Of a stretch of 64,000 nucleotides of DNA, positions 38,801 to 51,248 are shown piece by piece. Source of the DNA: Hydrolagus colliei (lineage: Eukaryota); the NCBI GenBank assembly GCA_035084275.1, contig CM068743.1, positions 130,696,001 to 130,760,000 of the forward strand, read 5' to 3'. Under the pieces are notes generated by a model. It did no database searches. It was not told the DNA's origin and worked only from the letters and a program-made list of their open reading frames with translations. Every line of letters starts with the position of its first letter. Position 1 is the first letter of the stretch. The translations under genes and the position numbers were made by a program.

Positions 38801-39567
38801 GGGAGGCTGTTAGCTCATTATGTTTGAAAACTAACCTGTAAAAATCTTCATCATGTACTAAATCCACTTCACAAGTGCCTTTCCCTCAGGGAAAGCCTGT
38901 GATTATATTCATATTCTGTTCACTCATCTATAAAAAGCAATGTGCTTCTAATTTGAAAAGGCTTCACCACCTGTTATCCAAACTTGTGCATCTACACAAA
39001 TAGTCTATTTTAAAAAGCCTGTATTTTACCCATCAGTTTCTCAAATGGTGAATAATAATAATCCTTGCATGTGATACAGTGCTTTTCACATCTTATCGAC
39101 ATCTCAGAGCGCTTCACGGAATATACTGTAAAGTGAGTTGACTGTATATTTGTAGGCGAAACCTGGCAGCCAATTGCACAAGGCAGTGTCTCGTAGATTG
39201 AAATGACCAATAATTATTTTTTTCTTGAATGATTGATTATCAGCCGATAAATGTGTCCCACAGTTAGGCACCAACCAGCCTGGTTACACTTTCCCAGAGA
39301 AACAGAAGCAAATTCTAAAGGCTGGTGTCAGAACAGATCGGTGATGGATCCAGAACAGGGTGTTTTAAAATAGGAAGCAGAAAATGGTGACATTGAACCA
39401 TGTGCCTGTTTAAAACTTTTTAAATAAATACGATAATGTACTGTACTTCATAAGTAAATACTGTGAAATCTAGTAACTATTTTGGAGGAAAACTTGTCAA
39501 CCATTTCCACTTGCAAAGTACCATAAACAGCTATGAGGTGAATAATAAATTGATTGCAAAATTGTTC

Positions 39568-39859
39568 TAATAATATTCCTTGCATTTTGATATAGTGCTT
39601 TTCATGTCTTCTAGACATCTCAAAGCTTTTCACTGAGTTAAAGCGAATTGGCTGTATATTTCTGGGTGAAACGCAGCAGCCAATCGCACACAGCAGTGTC
39701 TCGAGGATTGAAATGACCAAGTTTATGATGGGTTTTTTCTTGAATGATTATCAGGTGTGTGCAGTAAGGAAAGTTGCCCAGGGTTTTGCCCTGCCAGGAA
39801 TCGAACCCAGGTTTCTCGCTTATGAGGCGAGTGCTCTAACCGCTAACCTGGAGGACTCC
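39568..39859 (-). mobile_element. tRNA-derived SINE, full-length copy
   Basis: GGAATCGAACC (B box, reverse strand), same body and tail. Confidence 0.8.
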
Positions 39860-40958
39860 AGTTGTTGGCCAGAACACTGGAAAAAAAGAGTGCCAACTCA
39901 TCACCTCACCCAAAGTATTAAAAATGAACTTGATGAAAAGTATTTATTGTAGGATAAGTTGTGTCAAACCATCAGCAACTGTGCCTAATACACATTTGAA
40001 AATGACACAGAAACTCCCCCAATGGTTTGATTGCTAATTGCACCATATAAGCCTCTAGAGAAATATTTTATTAATTGAAAACTGCTGATGGAATATTCAT
40101 TTGTATCCACTTCGCAAATATGAAAAGACACCATGCAGATTGCCCATTGTTCTGTTTAAATGTGAAGTAACTGCAGCCTCTGTACATCTGTTGATCATTT
40201 TCTCAATCAATGCCCCAAATAGTGCTGCAAACTAGATCAGTGAAGTTAATACTGCAAAAGACCTTGCTTCCATGATGCATTAGAACAAGGTAATTCGTAA
40301 CAGTGTGAAGAACTCCTATATTAAGCATAACATGGATCTCAAGTTGATCGACAACCACAGGAAACCATTATTGAAACTATTATCTTCTACTCTCATCTCA
40401 TCATAAGCTTGCAAAAATGAAGTTGGTAGCTAGATTGAGACTGCAACAATTGCAGCATTTTAAATATGATCTCATATAGCAACAACAACAACAACTTTGA
40501 TTTATATAACACCCTCCACGCCGGATGGTGTCTCAGAGCGCTTCACAGTAAGCAATAAATGGCATCCATTACCCGCTTCCCTCTCCTTCCCCTAAACATA
40601 AATAAAATGCAGTCCCATAGGCAAAAATAATAACTTTGCAATGCGAAACAGCCAGAATGAAGGATTATATCTTTCTTTGAGAAAACAAAACCTATTTAAT
40701 CAAAAACTTAGGATGTTGGCTGTTTTACTACTCTGTTTGGGTTTTATATGAGAACAGTTTTAAACATCTGCTCTGAATTTCCAGCAGGGCTCAACAAATA
40801 TCTCTAAATGCTTAAAGAAATGTTAACCTGATATAGTCAAGGCTTGCATTCCCAAGGAATTCTGTTTATGTGAGAATTTTAATACCAGGGTAAAGATGAT
40901 GGTGCAGCATGTTCAATGATTAACTAAGATTTTTTTTAACTTTTAATCAATTCAACAG

Positions 40959-41098
40959 GTGTCACCAAGGTTGATTATGGAGATGTAACAGCACGTAAAG
41001 CATTAAGAGAAAAACTGTCATGTAAGCCTTTCTCCTGGTTTCTGGAGAATGTTTATCCTGATTCCCAAATTCCACGCCACTATTTCTCCCTGGGAGAG
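40959..41098 (+). CDS. GALNT1: GALNT1 coding exon (140 bp), end of catalytic domain and linker
   Basis: caacag|GT ... GAG|gtaagt; [47 protein letters not shown]. Confidence 0.96.
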
Positions 41099-41643
41099 GT
41101 AAGTATTTTGTCTTAACTGTTGAAACACTCTTTTTTTAAAAAGAGATGAAAAAGAAAGTTATAAAGTTATAAAAACACAGTTAAAAGGACTTCATTGTTG
41201 CACGAATCTGCTTATACAACAAGAACGGCTTGCATTTATATAGTGCCTCAGAGAGATGAATAACAACAAAATTACACTTGTATAGTGCCTTTCACGTCAG
41301 TAGGACGTCCCAAGTCACTGCTTCAGACCTGAGCTGAGGACAGAGGAGGTGGAGGGAAGGGGGAAATTAGGAGTTGCTGAATGTTGTTTGGGTCTGTTGT
41401 CACCAGAAGCATGGTGGAACACTTCCACCTTCTAGCATACACCGGCTGATTTCCTGTAGGTGCGTGCATGCATGCATCACACAAGAAGCCAGCCAGTAAA
41501 GGTTGCAAGCCTTATGACTACCTTTGCAAACATCTCTAGTCCTAGCTCATGAGCAAAGAGCTGGCTGGCTGACGTGTCAGCTTTCTGCTAGGGTTGGAAG
41601 TGACCTGAGTGATAACCCAATAACCATAAAGAGAAATAGGCAG

Positions 41644-42533
41644 TAGGGAACGGCGATATGGGAATTTTCCGGATATGGATATATCAGTTGGCTCATATTG
41701 AGATATTCCGCGTGCGCGCGCATTCGGTGCCTATCTTCTCAGGAGGTACATATCTTTCTCTCTCTGTGTCTCTCACTCTCTCCATCTCTGTCTTTTCTGT
41801 CTGTGTCTCTCTATGTCTCTCTCCTCTCTCACATCCCCCCCCATCTCTATCTATCTGTATATTATTACATCCACCCCGTCTCCCCCCCCCCCCCGTCCCT
41901 CTCTCGCACCCCCCACCCCCGTCGTCTCTCTCCCCCACCACCCCCCCAGCCGTCTCTTTCTCCCCTCTCCGCCCCCCCCAGCCGTCTATCTCCCCCTCCC
42001 CCCAGCCGTCTCTCTCCCCCTCCCCCCAGCCGTCTCTCTCCCCCTCTCCTCCCCCCCCAGCCGTCTCTCCCCCTCTCCTCCCCCCCCCCCCCAGCCATCT
42101 CTCTCCCCCTCTCCCCCCCCAGCCGTCTCTCCCCCTCTCCCCCCCCCCCCAGCCGTCTATCTCCCCCTCCCCCCAGCCGTCTCTCTCCCCCTCCCCCCAG
42201 CCGTCTCTCTCCCCCTCACCCCCCCCCAGCAGTCTCTTTCCCCCTCACCCCCCCCCCCCCCACCCACAGCCGTCTCTCTCCCCCCACCCCTTGCATACCT
42301 GTATATTGTATTCGAGGACTATGAATACAAGATGGCGGCTTTGCACCTCGGTCTGTACATTGTGTATAGAGATGAGCATTCTGGGTCTTGTAGTTGATTG
42401 TGCTCGCATCCCGATTTTTTACCTCGATATGTCGTTTTTCGATATATCGGTATTTTTGAAATGTCTATATCGGCATATCGATATGAAAATCATATCGGGT
42501 TTTAGCGATATACCGATATATCGCCGTTCCCTA
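41644..42533 (+). mobile_element. Non-autonomous hAT-type MITE, copy 3
   Basis: TIR TAGGGAACGGCGATAT; 8-bp TSD ATAGGCAG at 41636-41643 and 42534-42541. Confidence 0.92.
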
Positions 42534-43369
42534 ATAGGCAGCCATGTTTTTTTCACAGACTCACTATATACAGGGTTGCCTTGTATTTAGTCAAACCTCG
42601 CTGAGGTAATTGTTATGTTACTTCTACTCAAAACTGAAATCCTATTTAACCCTTTGGCAGACCATTTGTCATTCTATGTACTTTAGTGTGCTCTCTTTTT
42701 GTTATGGTTGTTAACAACAAAACAAAATTACATTTGTATACTGCTGAGAGGATGTCTTGAGTGCTGGTAATGATGCATATTTTATCATTTTAAATTCCTG
42801 TTCTGCTGCATTAGTTTTATTTGCAGTTTGTTCATGTAATACTGCACAGATGTGACATGTTATTGACTCAATGCAAAAATCAGGTCTCACGTGTAAACTG
42901 AACTGCAAGCTTAGGCCATCTGCATTCATATTACTTCAACACTACAACATTGTGCCAGTAAAGGGGGTGACCTGTTGACGAATCCTAGAATATTTTAGCA
43001 TAGAAACGGAGTTTAGCTCATTGTATCTGTGTCGATTGTGTAAACAATCCATTCAGTCCTACTACCTTTCTTCATCCGTTTATCCTTTCATACGTTTTTC
43101 AAATTATAGAGTTTATCAGCAGAACACTAGATGTATACTATCTATTGATAGATGCATTTATTTTCTGAATATTAGAATAATAAGTAATTAGCATAAGATG
43201 AAAATGTTTGCAAGCTGCATTGGTAAAGGAAGTGACTGGTGTTAATGTTGACATTTTCATTGGATGCATGTGATCAAATTGGATTGTAAACTGAAATGTA
43301 CTTACTCTGCTAATATTAATATTGTTAGTAAATCTTTCAAGGATCAGTTTGACCACGATGCATACAGTT

Positions 43370-44097
43370 TAGGGTCCAATATGAAAATATAATTTTCATA
43401 TTGAAAATATAATTTTCATATCGATACGCCGATATAGGCATTTCAAAAATATCGATATATCGAAAAATCGATATATCGAGGGGAAAAATTGGAATTCGCG
43501 CACACTCAACTACAAGACCCAGAATGCTCATCTCTATACACAATGCACAGACCGAGGTGCAAAGCCACCATATTGTATTCATAGTCCTCGAATACAATAT
43601 ACAGGTTTGCAAGGGGTGGGTGGGGGAGAGACGGTGGTGGGGGGGGGGGGCGGGTGAGGGGGAGAGAGACGGCTGGAAGGGGGAGGGGGAGAGAGACGGC
43701 TGGGGTGGGGGGAGGGGGAGAGAGACGGCGGGGAGGGGGAGAGAGACGGCTGGGGGTGGGGAGAGACGGCTGGTGGGGGGAGGGAGAGAGAGACGGCAGG
43801 GGGGGGAGAGGGAAAGAGACGGCTGGGGGGGTGGGGGGGTGGTGGGAGAGAGACGACGGGCGGGGTGTGGGGGGGAGAGAGGAGAGAGACACAGACAGAA
43901 AAACAGATGGAGAGAGTGAGAGACACAGAAAGAGAAAAATATTTACCTCCTGAGGAGATAGGCCCTGAATGCGCGTGCACCCGGAATACGCGTACACTCC
44001 GAATGTGCGCGCATGCGCAGTACGAAAATATCGATATATCTCGATATGATCCCATCAATATATCTAAATCGGAAAATTTCCATATCGATGGACCCTA
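43370..44097 (-). mobile_element. Non-autonomous hAT-type MITE, copy 4 (left end rearranged)
   Basis: Ends TAGGGTCC...GGACCCTA; 8-bp TSD ATACAGTT at 43362-43369 and 44098-44105. Confidence 0.9.
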
Positions 44098-44856
44098 ATA
44101 CAGTTAGACCCTGTTATAGAGGACTATAGAGTCCTCCCAACATGAAAGGCGCTCAATAAATGTAATTTTGTTGTTGTTATAATGTGCTTCAGTACAGTGC
44201 AAGTTTGTCAATAATCATTATCGAGGCCATCGTGGAGGCCATCCTCCATTCTCCGCAATTTATTTATCTTGCGTGACAGAAATGTGGAACTGTATTTTGC
44301 TTGCATTCCCTGTACCAATCTCTTTTTAGTCAATTGGGTTTCTGATGCATGAGGAACCCCATCAATATGTTTAAGAATATCCACATCAGAGTGAGTTTCA
44401 CATATGAATTTCACCTACAGATTGAAATTTCTATTTTTATTTGTGGAGACTATACCAGTCTCTAGATATTATCATTTTAGGAACAAACGCATGTTAGAAA
44501 TATTTACTACAATTTGGAAGCGCTTCTTGAAAATTGCCAGCATTCATCAGTGATGTGTTCTTCTATATAGCATTCACCCACGAGAAACAATTAAGTCCCA
44601 AAAGAGAGGTTAACACAATATTACAGTTGTATTATGAACCATGTAGAAAATTTATGATATCGTTTTATTTACAATTGGAATATCATCCGGCAAGATCAAA
44701 TTGATAAATCAAAACATTAATTCTTTAAAAATTCAGTTGTGTTGAAAGATGGGGAATATCATTTTACACATGCCTTTTTTAAAAATTGTCTGATCTGCCT
44801 TTAGATGATTTGCAATTTCTAATAACATTGATTATTTAATTCTAAAATCTTTTTAG

Positions 44857-44955
44857 ATCCGAAATGTAGAAACCAACCAATGCCTGGATAATATGGCAAG
44901 GAAGGAAAATGAAAAAGTGGGAATATTTAACTGTCATGGCATGGGAGGCAACCAG
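44857..44955 (+). CDS. GALNT1: GALNT1 coding exon (99 bp), ricin-B lectin alpha repeat
   Basis: ttttag|ATC ... CAG|gtgagc; [33 protein letters not shown]. Confidence 0.96.
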
Positions 44956-46446
44956 GTGAGCTATTCTTTATCTTTGATTCACTTTTTTTTCCTTGAGGAT
45001 CTACTTTCACTTGCTTCACTTAGTTAGAGCACGCGCTTTGCAAGCAGCAGACCTGGATTCTATTCCAGGCAGGGCAAAACATTAGGGAAGTTTCCTTACA
45101 CCACACGCCTGATAAATCCCTAAATCCCTAAAAAAAAGGGGTAAATTGGTCATTTCAATCCATGACTGTTTGTGGGACACTGCTGTGCACAATTGTCTGC
45201 TGCATTTTGCCTACAAATATACTGTCAATTCAATTTACAGTGTATTCTGTGAAGTGCTTTGAGACGCCTAGAAGATATGAAAGGCGCTGTATCAAATGCA
45301 AATTATTATGTGTTAGTTCATGAGGGACCTCACAACAACTTCAGTTGTGTTACATAATCTATTTGCTAGCAGCTCGTGGTCAGAACACCAGCAGCCCACA
45401 TACACACTAAAGCAGTCTATTTTCACATTGTACGTGGGTGGCCCTACCGCTGCTCATTTAGTGTAGTGGTTTAGCAGAGCACAGACTAATCTTATTTTCA
45501 GATATTATGAAGGTTTGATCAATGTCCTTGGGATTTGAATTTGTGATGCTCTTTGTGAGGCAGGCGCTTAACTCCTGGATTGCCTTGCAACCCATTTTGT
45601 ATCATTAGCAGTGAAGCAAAGGGAAACCAGTTTAAACTGGTCGTTAGACACATGCATCATTGGAAAAAGTCCCAAAATCTGTTGGCCCAGTGGTTTGTTG
45701 CATCCATTTTTGGTACATAGGCGGCAAAGAGACCGTGTTGAAGTGGGTGGGTTGGTCTCTTCTTTTGTCGCTTCATAAGGGATGTTTAATGGTTTGTGGC
45801 CTGCAAGGAGGAGGGACAGAAAGATTGGCTCAGCGTCGATGAAGCAAAGAATCTTATCAATCTTGAAACTTAATTGGTTCGAGAGCAAACAGAAAATCAC
45901 AGGATGGACTGTGAACAAGTTAAAAAATGAATAGCCAATGGAGAAGTTTTGCCAAAGATTTACCTAAAGTTAGTCTGCAGTGTTAAAGATGAAACCATCC
46001 ACTAATGCCTTAATGTATAGTTTAATTAGGAGTCTTGAGACTTGAAGCTTATTAACACTGTCCAATACCTGCTTTAATCAGCTCTCTGTCCCTCATTTAA
46101 GTATGCCGATTAGTCATTGTACATGATCTTTGCACATGAGGCTTGTAAAAAAAAGAAAATCACAGTACAGGTAATATAATATAAAATATATATTAAAACA
46201 ATCCTTGCATTTTATATAGAGCTTTTAACATCTTCTAGACGTCTCAAAGCGCTTCACAGATTATACTGTAAAGTGAATTGACTGTATATTTGTGGGCGAA
46301 ACATCAAGATTAAAAATACATAAAGCTAAAAGAAATTTAAGCAACATTGAAATAACTTTTCCTACATCAATTCTTGCCTTGTCATGAATTGGAATCCTAG
46401 TTGCTTTTTTGCAGGTTTAATCCATTCATGTTCTTTCATTCGCTAG

Positions 46447-46581
46447 GTATTCTCCTATACTGCAAACAAAGAAATCCGAACCGATGATTTGTGCCTAGAT
46501 GTGTCCAAACTTAATGGTCCTATCATGATGCTGAAGTGCCATCATCTGAAAGGCAATCAGCTTTGGGATTATGACAATAGA
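46447..46581 (+). CDS. GALNT1: GALNT1 coding exon (135 bp), lectin beta repeat
   Basis: cgctag|GTA ... AGA|gtaagt; [45 protein letters not shown]. Confidence 0.96.
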
Positions 46582-46711
46582 GTAAGTGATTTATTGCAAA
46601 TATTTGTATTTAAAAATAAATGTAATGTCTTTTTCATTCACATGTTAGAATTGGTTAAGTTTCATAATGATCTGGTATAGTTAATCTGAATTTATAAATA
46701 AAGGCTCAAAT

Positions 46712-47277
46712 CATAAGAACATAAGAATTAGGAGCAGGAGTAGGCCATTTGGCCCTTCGAGCCTGCCCCGCCATTTGATAAGATCATGGCTGATCTTCTG
46801 ACCTAACTCCAATTACCTGCCCTATCCCCATATCCCCTAATCCCTCTATTTAAAAAAAAAATCTGTCAGTCTCAGCCTTGAAAATGTTCAAGGACTGAGC
46901 ATCTACAGCCTTCTGGGTAGTGAATTCCATAAATTCACTACCCTCTGAGTGAAGAAATGCTTCCTCAACTCTGTTCTAAAAGGTTGACCTTTAATTTTAA
47001 GACTGTGACCCCTGGTTATAGATTCTCCTACCAGGGGAAGCAGTCCCTCACTGTCTACTTTATCCAGCCCTTTAAGAATCTTACATGTTTCAATAAGATC
47101 CCCCCTAATTCTTCTGTACTCTAGAGAATACAGCCCTAGTTTATTCAACCTATCCTCATAGGTCAGTCCCCTCATCCCAGGAACTAACCTAGTGAATCTA
47201 CTCTGCACCCCCTCTAAAGCAAATATGTCCTTTATTAAATAAGGAGACCTAAACTGCACACAGTACTCTAGGTGCGG
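46712..47277 (-). mobile_element. CR1-clade LINE 3' fragment, second subfamily
   Basis: LEGVQSRFTRLVPGM..RGDLIE..FFTQRVVNLWNSLP; CATAAGAA-repeat tail on + strand. Confidence 0.9.
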
Positions 47278-47869
47278 TATCGTAAATCATAACTTTACAC
47301 CGTTGAACTTTGATTGAAAGTGCGAGGCCATAACATAATTCATCAGATATCCAGGTCGAACATCTTGTAATTCTACTTGTACAATGACCCCCTGACAGTT
47401 ATCAGAACCTTACTTTCGTCATTATTAACTCCATGGAGATACGAGACCACGTATAACTCCTGGAGTTCAGTGTGTCACAGGTGCTGGCAGGGATTGGTTT
47501 TTATGACTACAACAGCGATAGTTACAGGGATGAAAATAACTTTCGCTATTAGCCACTGATGATGGAGGAATAGGAACTTAACATACCAATTGCAAAATAT
47601 ACAGTACATTATCCAGCTCTGCTTGTATACTGGATACATATACAACAATGGACAGCATCATGCTGGTGAATTTTCTTTTATTTAACAATAAAAAGTGTTT
47701 TTTTGCCATCCTCTGAGCCGAAATTAAATCTGAATGATGTCCAAAGAATGGACATCTTTGTTTAAGAAATAAAGGATTTGCTCATTATAAATATCATTTA
47801 TAACTTTCCCAAATTAGATGCCAAGATCACAGTAGCAATGAGCAACTTCTACTAAACTTAATCATGTTG

Positions 47870-48650
47870 CCCATAGCACGGAGACAGCCCTGGTCAAAGT
47901 ATCTTAACGACATTCTAAACATCTATGATCAGGGCTCTCTGCCTCCTTGCCCGCCTTGACCTCTCTGCTGCCTTCGACACTATCGACCACTCCATCCTCT
48001 CCTCCCAGATCAATCTTCACAGACTCTATTTTTCTGCCTCTACCTTTGATTCCAGGACCACTGCTGTCCTGACAGACTGCCTGTCAGACATCAAGTCCTG
48101 AATGAGAGCTAACTTGCTACAATTGAATATCAACAAGACCGAGGCCCTCCTGATTGGCTCACACCAGTGCCTTCACACATCAGGCACTGGTAGCATGAAC
48201 GTCCACTCCACCTCACCAAGCCAGTCAGGAACCTTGTTTGTCAACTGTCTCTTCTCCCCCAAATCCAAGCCATGTACTCGGCCTGTCTTCCGTCATCTCC
48301 GCAACATTGCCTGACTCCGCCACTACCTCACCCCTCAGGCTGCTGAAACTTATTCATGCCTTCATTATGTCCAGACACAACTATGCCAATTCCCTGTTTG
48401 TCGGTCTCCCCCAATTCCTCCCTCCATAGCTGCAGATCATCCAGATCTCTGCAGTCTGTGTCCTCTCCTGCACCCTGCAACCCCATCTTCCCCCATTCTC
48501 GCCCAACTCCATTCATTCGGAGGATTCAATTCAAGATCCCGGTCCGCACGTTTGAAGCCCTTCATGGCCTTGCCCCACCCTACCTCTGCGACCTCCTAAC
48601 CCCCTATCAACCTGAAAGGGGCTATACAAGTGTAATTGTGTTGTTGTTTC
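47870..48650 (+). mobile_element. Degenerate L2 with internal deletions
   Basis: [20 protein letters not shown] and LQLNINKTEALLIG; a similar 3' piece lies at 58436-58860. Confidence 0.8.
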
Positions 48651-50252
48651 TATCATACAATGACCAATATTGTGGAGTATGTTTCACAGAATTTTAAAAT
48701 GTATTTTTTTTAAAAGGACTTCTCCTGGTGTAATGGCCAACAATCCCCCCAAACAAAATTGTTCACTCACTCTATGGTTGTTTGTGGCACATTGATATGC
48801 TCAAACTGGCCACCACATTTCGGACACAAAATACACAGACAAAATACATTTTACAGCGTATCCTGTGAACCGCTTTAGACGTCTCAGTGATATGATAAAG
48901 TGCTATGTCAAATGCAAGGATTATTATTTTGACAGTGAAACTCAATACATTATTTTTACATTCTGGAGGTTACTTCACACACATACACTCACACACACAC
49001 ACACACAACTGAGTAAATCTGACACCGAGTAAGTCTGTATGAATGAATCAACATAGGTTTAATATCCTATACGGAAATCATGTAAATAGCAGTTTTAATT
49101 AGTCTTACTTTTTTTTAAATCACCATTTTTGTTTGATTGTTTTATTTACAATAACAAACTCAGTTGTTTTTATAAGACTTACCACGAGCATCGGTGAACA
49201 CTGAATGAACCATTTGAACAACTGCATGCATTTTTCAACAGAGTTAATTTTCTTGTCCGACATTGGGTTTCTCCTGCAAACCACCATGCTGGGAGAAACC
49301 TTTAAATTGAGTTCACATTCCTTTGCCCCAGTAATTGAAAAGTTTCAACTGGATTGGATGAGGTTAAATTAAATTACTGTCCTTTCACCTTGTGTTATCT
49401 GGATTTGAGTCCAGACCAGAAGGATAAATGAAAGTCTTTTAGATTTAAGGATCTTAAACGGCATTAGTTTTGCCAATCACGACCTAGTTGCAGGCAATGT
49501 AAATGTGTAGGACAGAACAGTCGATGAGTAAGCCCTAATTGTGTTACACATGTTTTACCACGACTAATTTAAGTCGTGGTAAAACAACTTAAACGACTAA
49601 TTTAAGTCGGGGGGTGGGGGGGCGGGGGGTTGGTGGGTGATTTTAATGATTTAATTTCATCCAAAATACTTGTGCTACCAGTACTCAATGCTCATATTTT
49701 CAGTCATCTGAAAGCTGGTTACATGAATTAATGGTGCGAATTGGCTTCACTGTATAGCTGCCAATCTTCAAAGTTGGGTTCATTTTAATATTGACTGCTG
49801 TAGAAGACGCACACATTTGTCATGATAGGCCTGAGGTGAATTACTCACTGGTACAATACTACAGAAGGTTTCAGCATGATTAAGATTAACCTGCATTCTT
49901 TTCAAACAACCATTGAATTTGCTAGGAATCCATTAGAAATGTTGGCGTATCAGCTTGTAATGTTACAGGTTGACTAGCCATCATTTGCTATTATAACTGC
50001 CAAGTTGCAGTGTTCATATTTTTGTCAATTTTGCAAAAATGTGAGCAATTTTTAAACTGCCCTGAAGCATTTGAACCCTGCTACAGTTTTGAAGCTCTTA
50101 TTTGGGGGTTTGGTCTTATTCCCAAAGCATCTTGAATTCAGGATTTAGAAAATATTTTAATATAGAGCAATAAAACAGTTGGTAGGCTTGTTAATGTCCC
50201 ACATATGAGTTTTAATAGGTTCCTTAAACAAGTTAATTAGAATCTGGTTTAA

Positions 50253-50968
50253 CAGTAGAAGCCTGTTTATCCGTGACTCGATGAATCGGCACTTCCATAT
50301 AACCGGCACTCCAAAAAAAAGTCCCCATTCGATAAACCGGAATTTATCCGGAACAATAGCAGTGGAGCATTTGTAAATGCATAAATAATAACAGAATATT
50401 GTATTGGTACTTGTTGTTAAAACTACTATCTTGCGCTTCATGCTGCGCTTGAAGCCATGATGCTGCGGTTGAGGTTTATAGTCCAGCGATTCTTTTTAAA
50501 ATGGAGCACTCCAAGCAGATGAAAAAAACGGAGCGCGACTTTAAAGCCACACTAGTGGCAAGCCAATAACGCTAGCCGATAACCCACATTGTCGAGCAGG
50601 TGCAGTATTTCGGTTTGCTGCTAGTAGAGTCTAGAGCTATCGGTTTGTCGCTAGTAAAGTCGCGAGACTTTAAAATCACGCTGCCGTTTTTTTCACCCAC
50701 TTGGCGTCCTCCATTTAAAAAAGAATCGCTGGACTGTAAACCACAATCAGTAAAGGTGAGAAGCGCAAGAGAATAGTTTTAACAATAAGTACCAATATAA
50801 TATTCTGTTATTATCTGTTATTATTTTAGTCTGGTATGTATGGTTGTGTTAAAAGAACTTTAATTTTCTTGTGGTGGGTTTTCGATCGCGGGCTGCCTGA
50901 ATATCCTGCAGGCGCTTTAACCGGCATTGGCCAGGTCCCGCGGGTGCCGGATAAAAGGGCTTTTACTG
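50253..50968. mobile_element. Tigger/pogo-like MITE with a long internal palindrome
   Basis: TIRs CAGTAGAAGCCTGTTTATCCG / CGGATAAAAGGGCTTTTACTG|TA. Confidence 0.8.
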
Positions 50969-51248
50969 TATAACAAAATAATTCTCAGCACATTTTAATT
51001 TGTATAAACAAAACCAGAACCAGACTTGAATACTGTATCTAATTTGCTGTATTTAGCAGGTTTTTAATAAATGATTGGTGTTGCATAGTGGGGGTGTTTT
51101 TGGTAACAATATATATTATGCTAACTCTGAAAACAAATTACTTCTGATACAAATTCTGTCAAACCTTTATTAAATACTGGTGCAAAATAGGCCCCATTAG
51201 CTACTGTATAGGACCACAATTATATGAGAGCATATTTCTTGATTCTTC

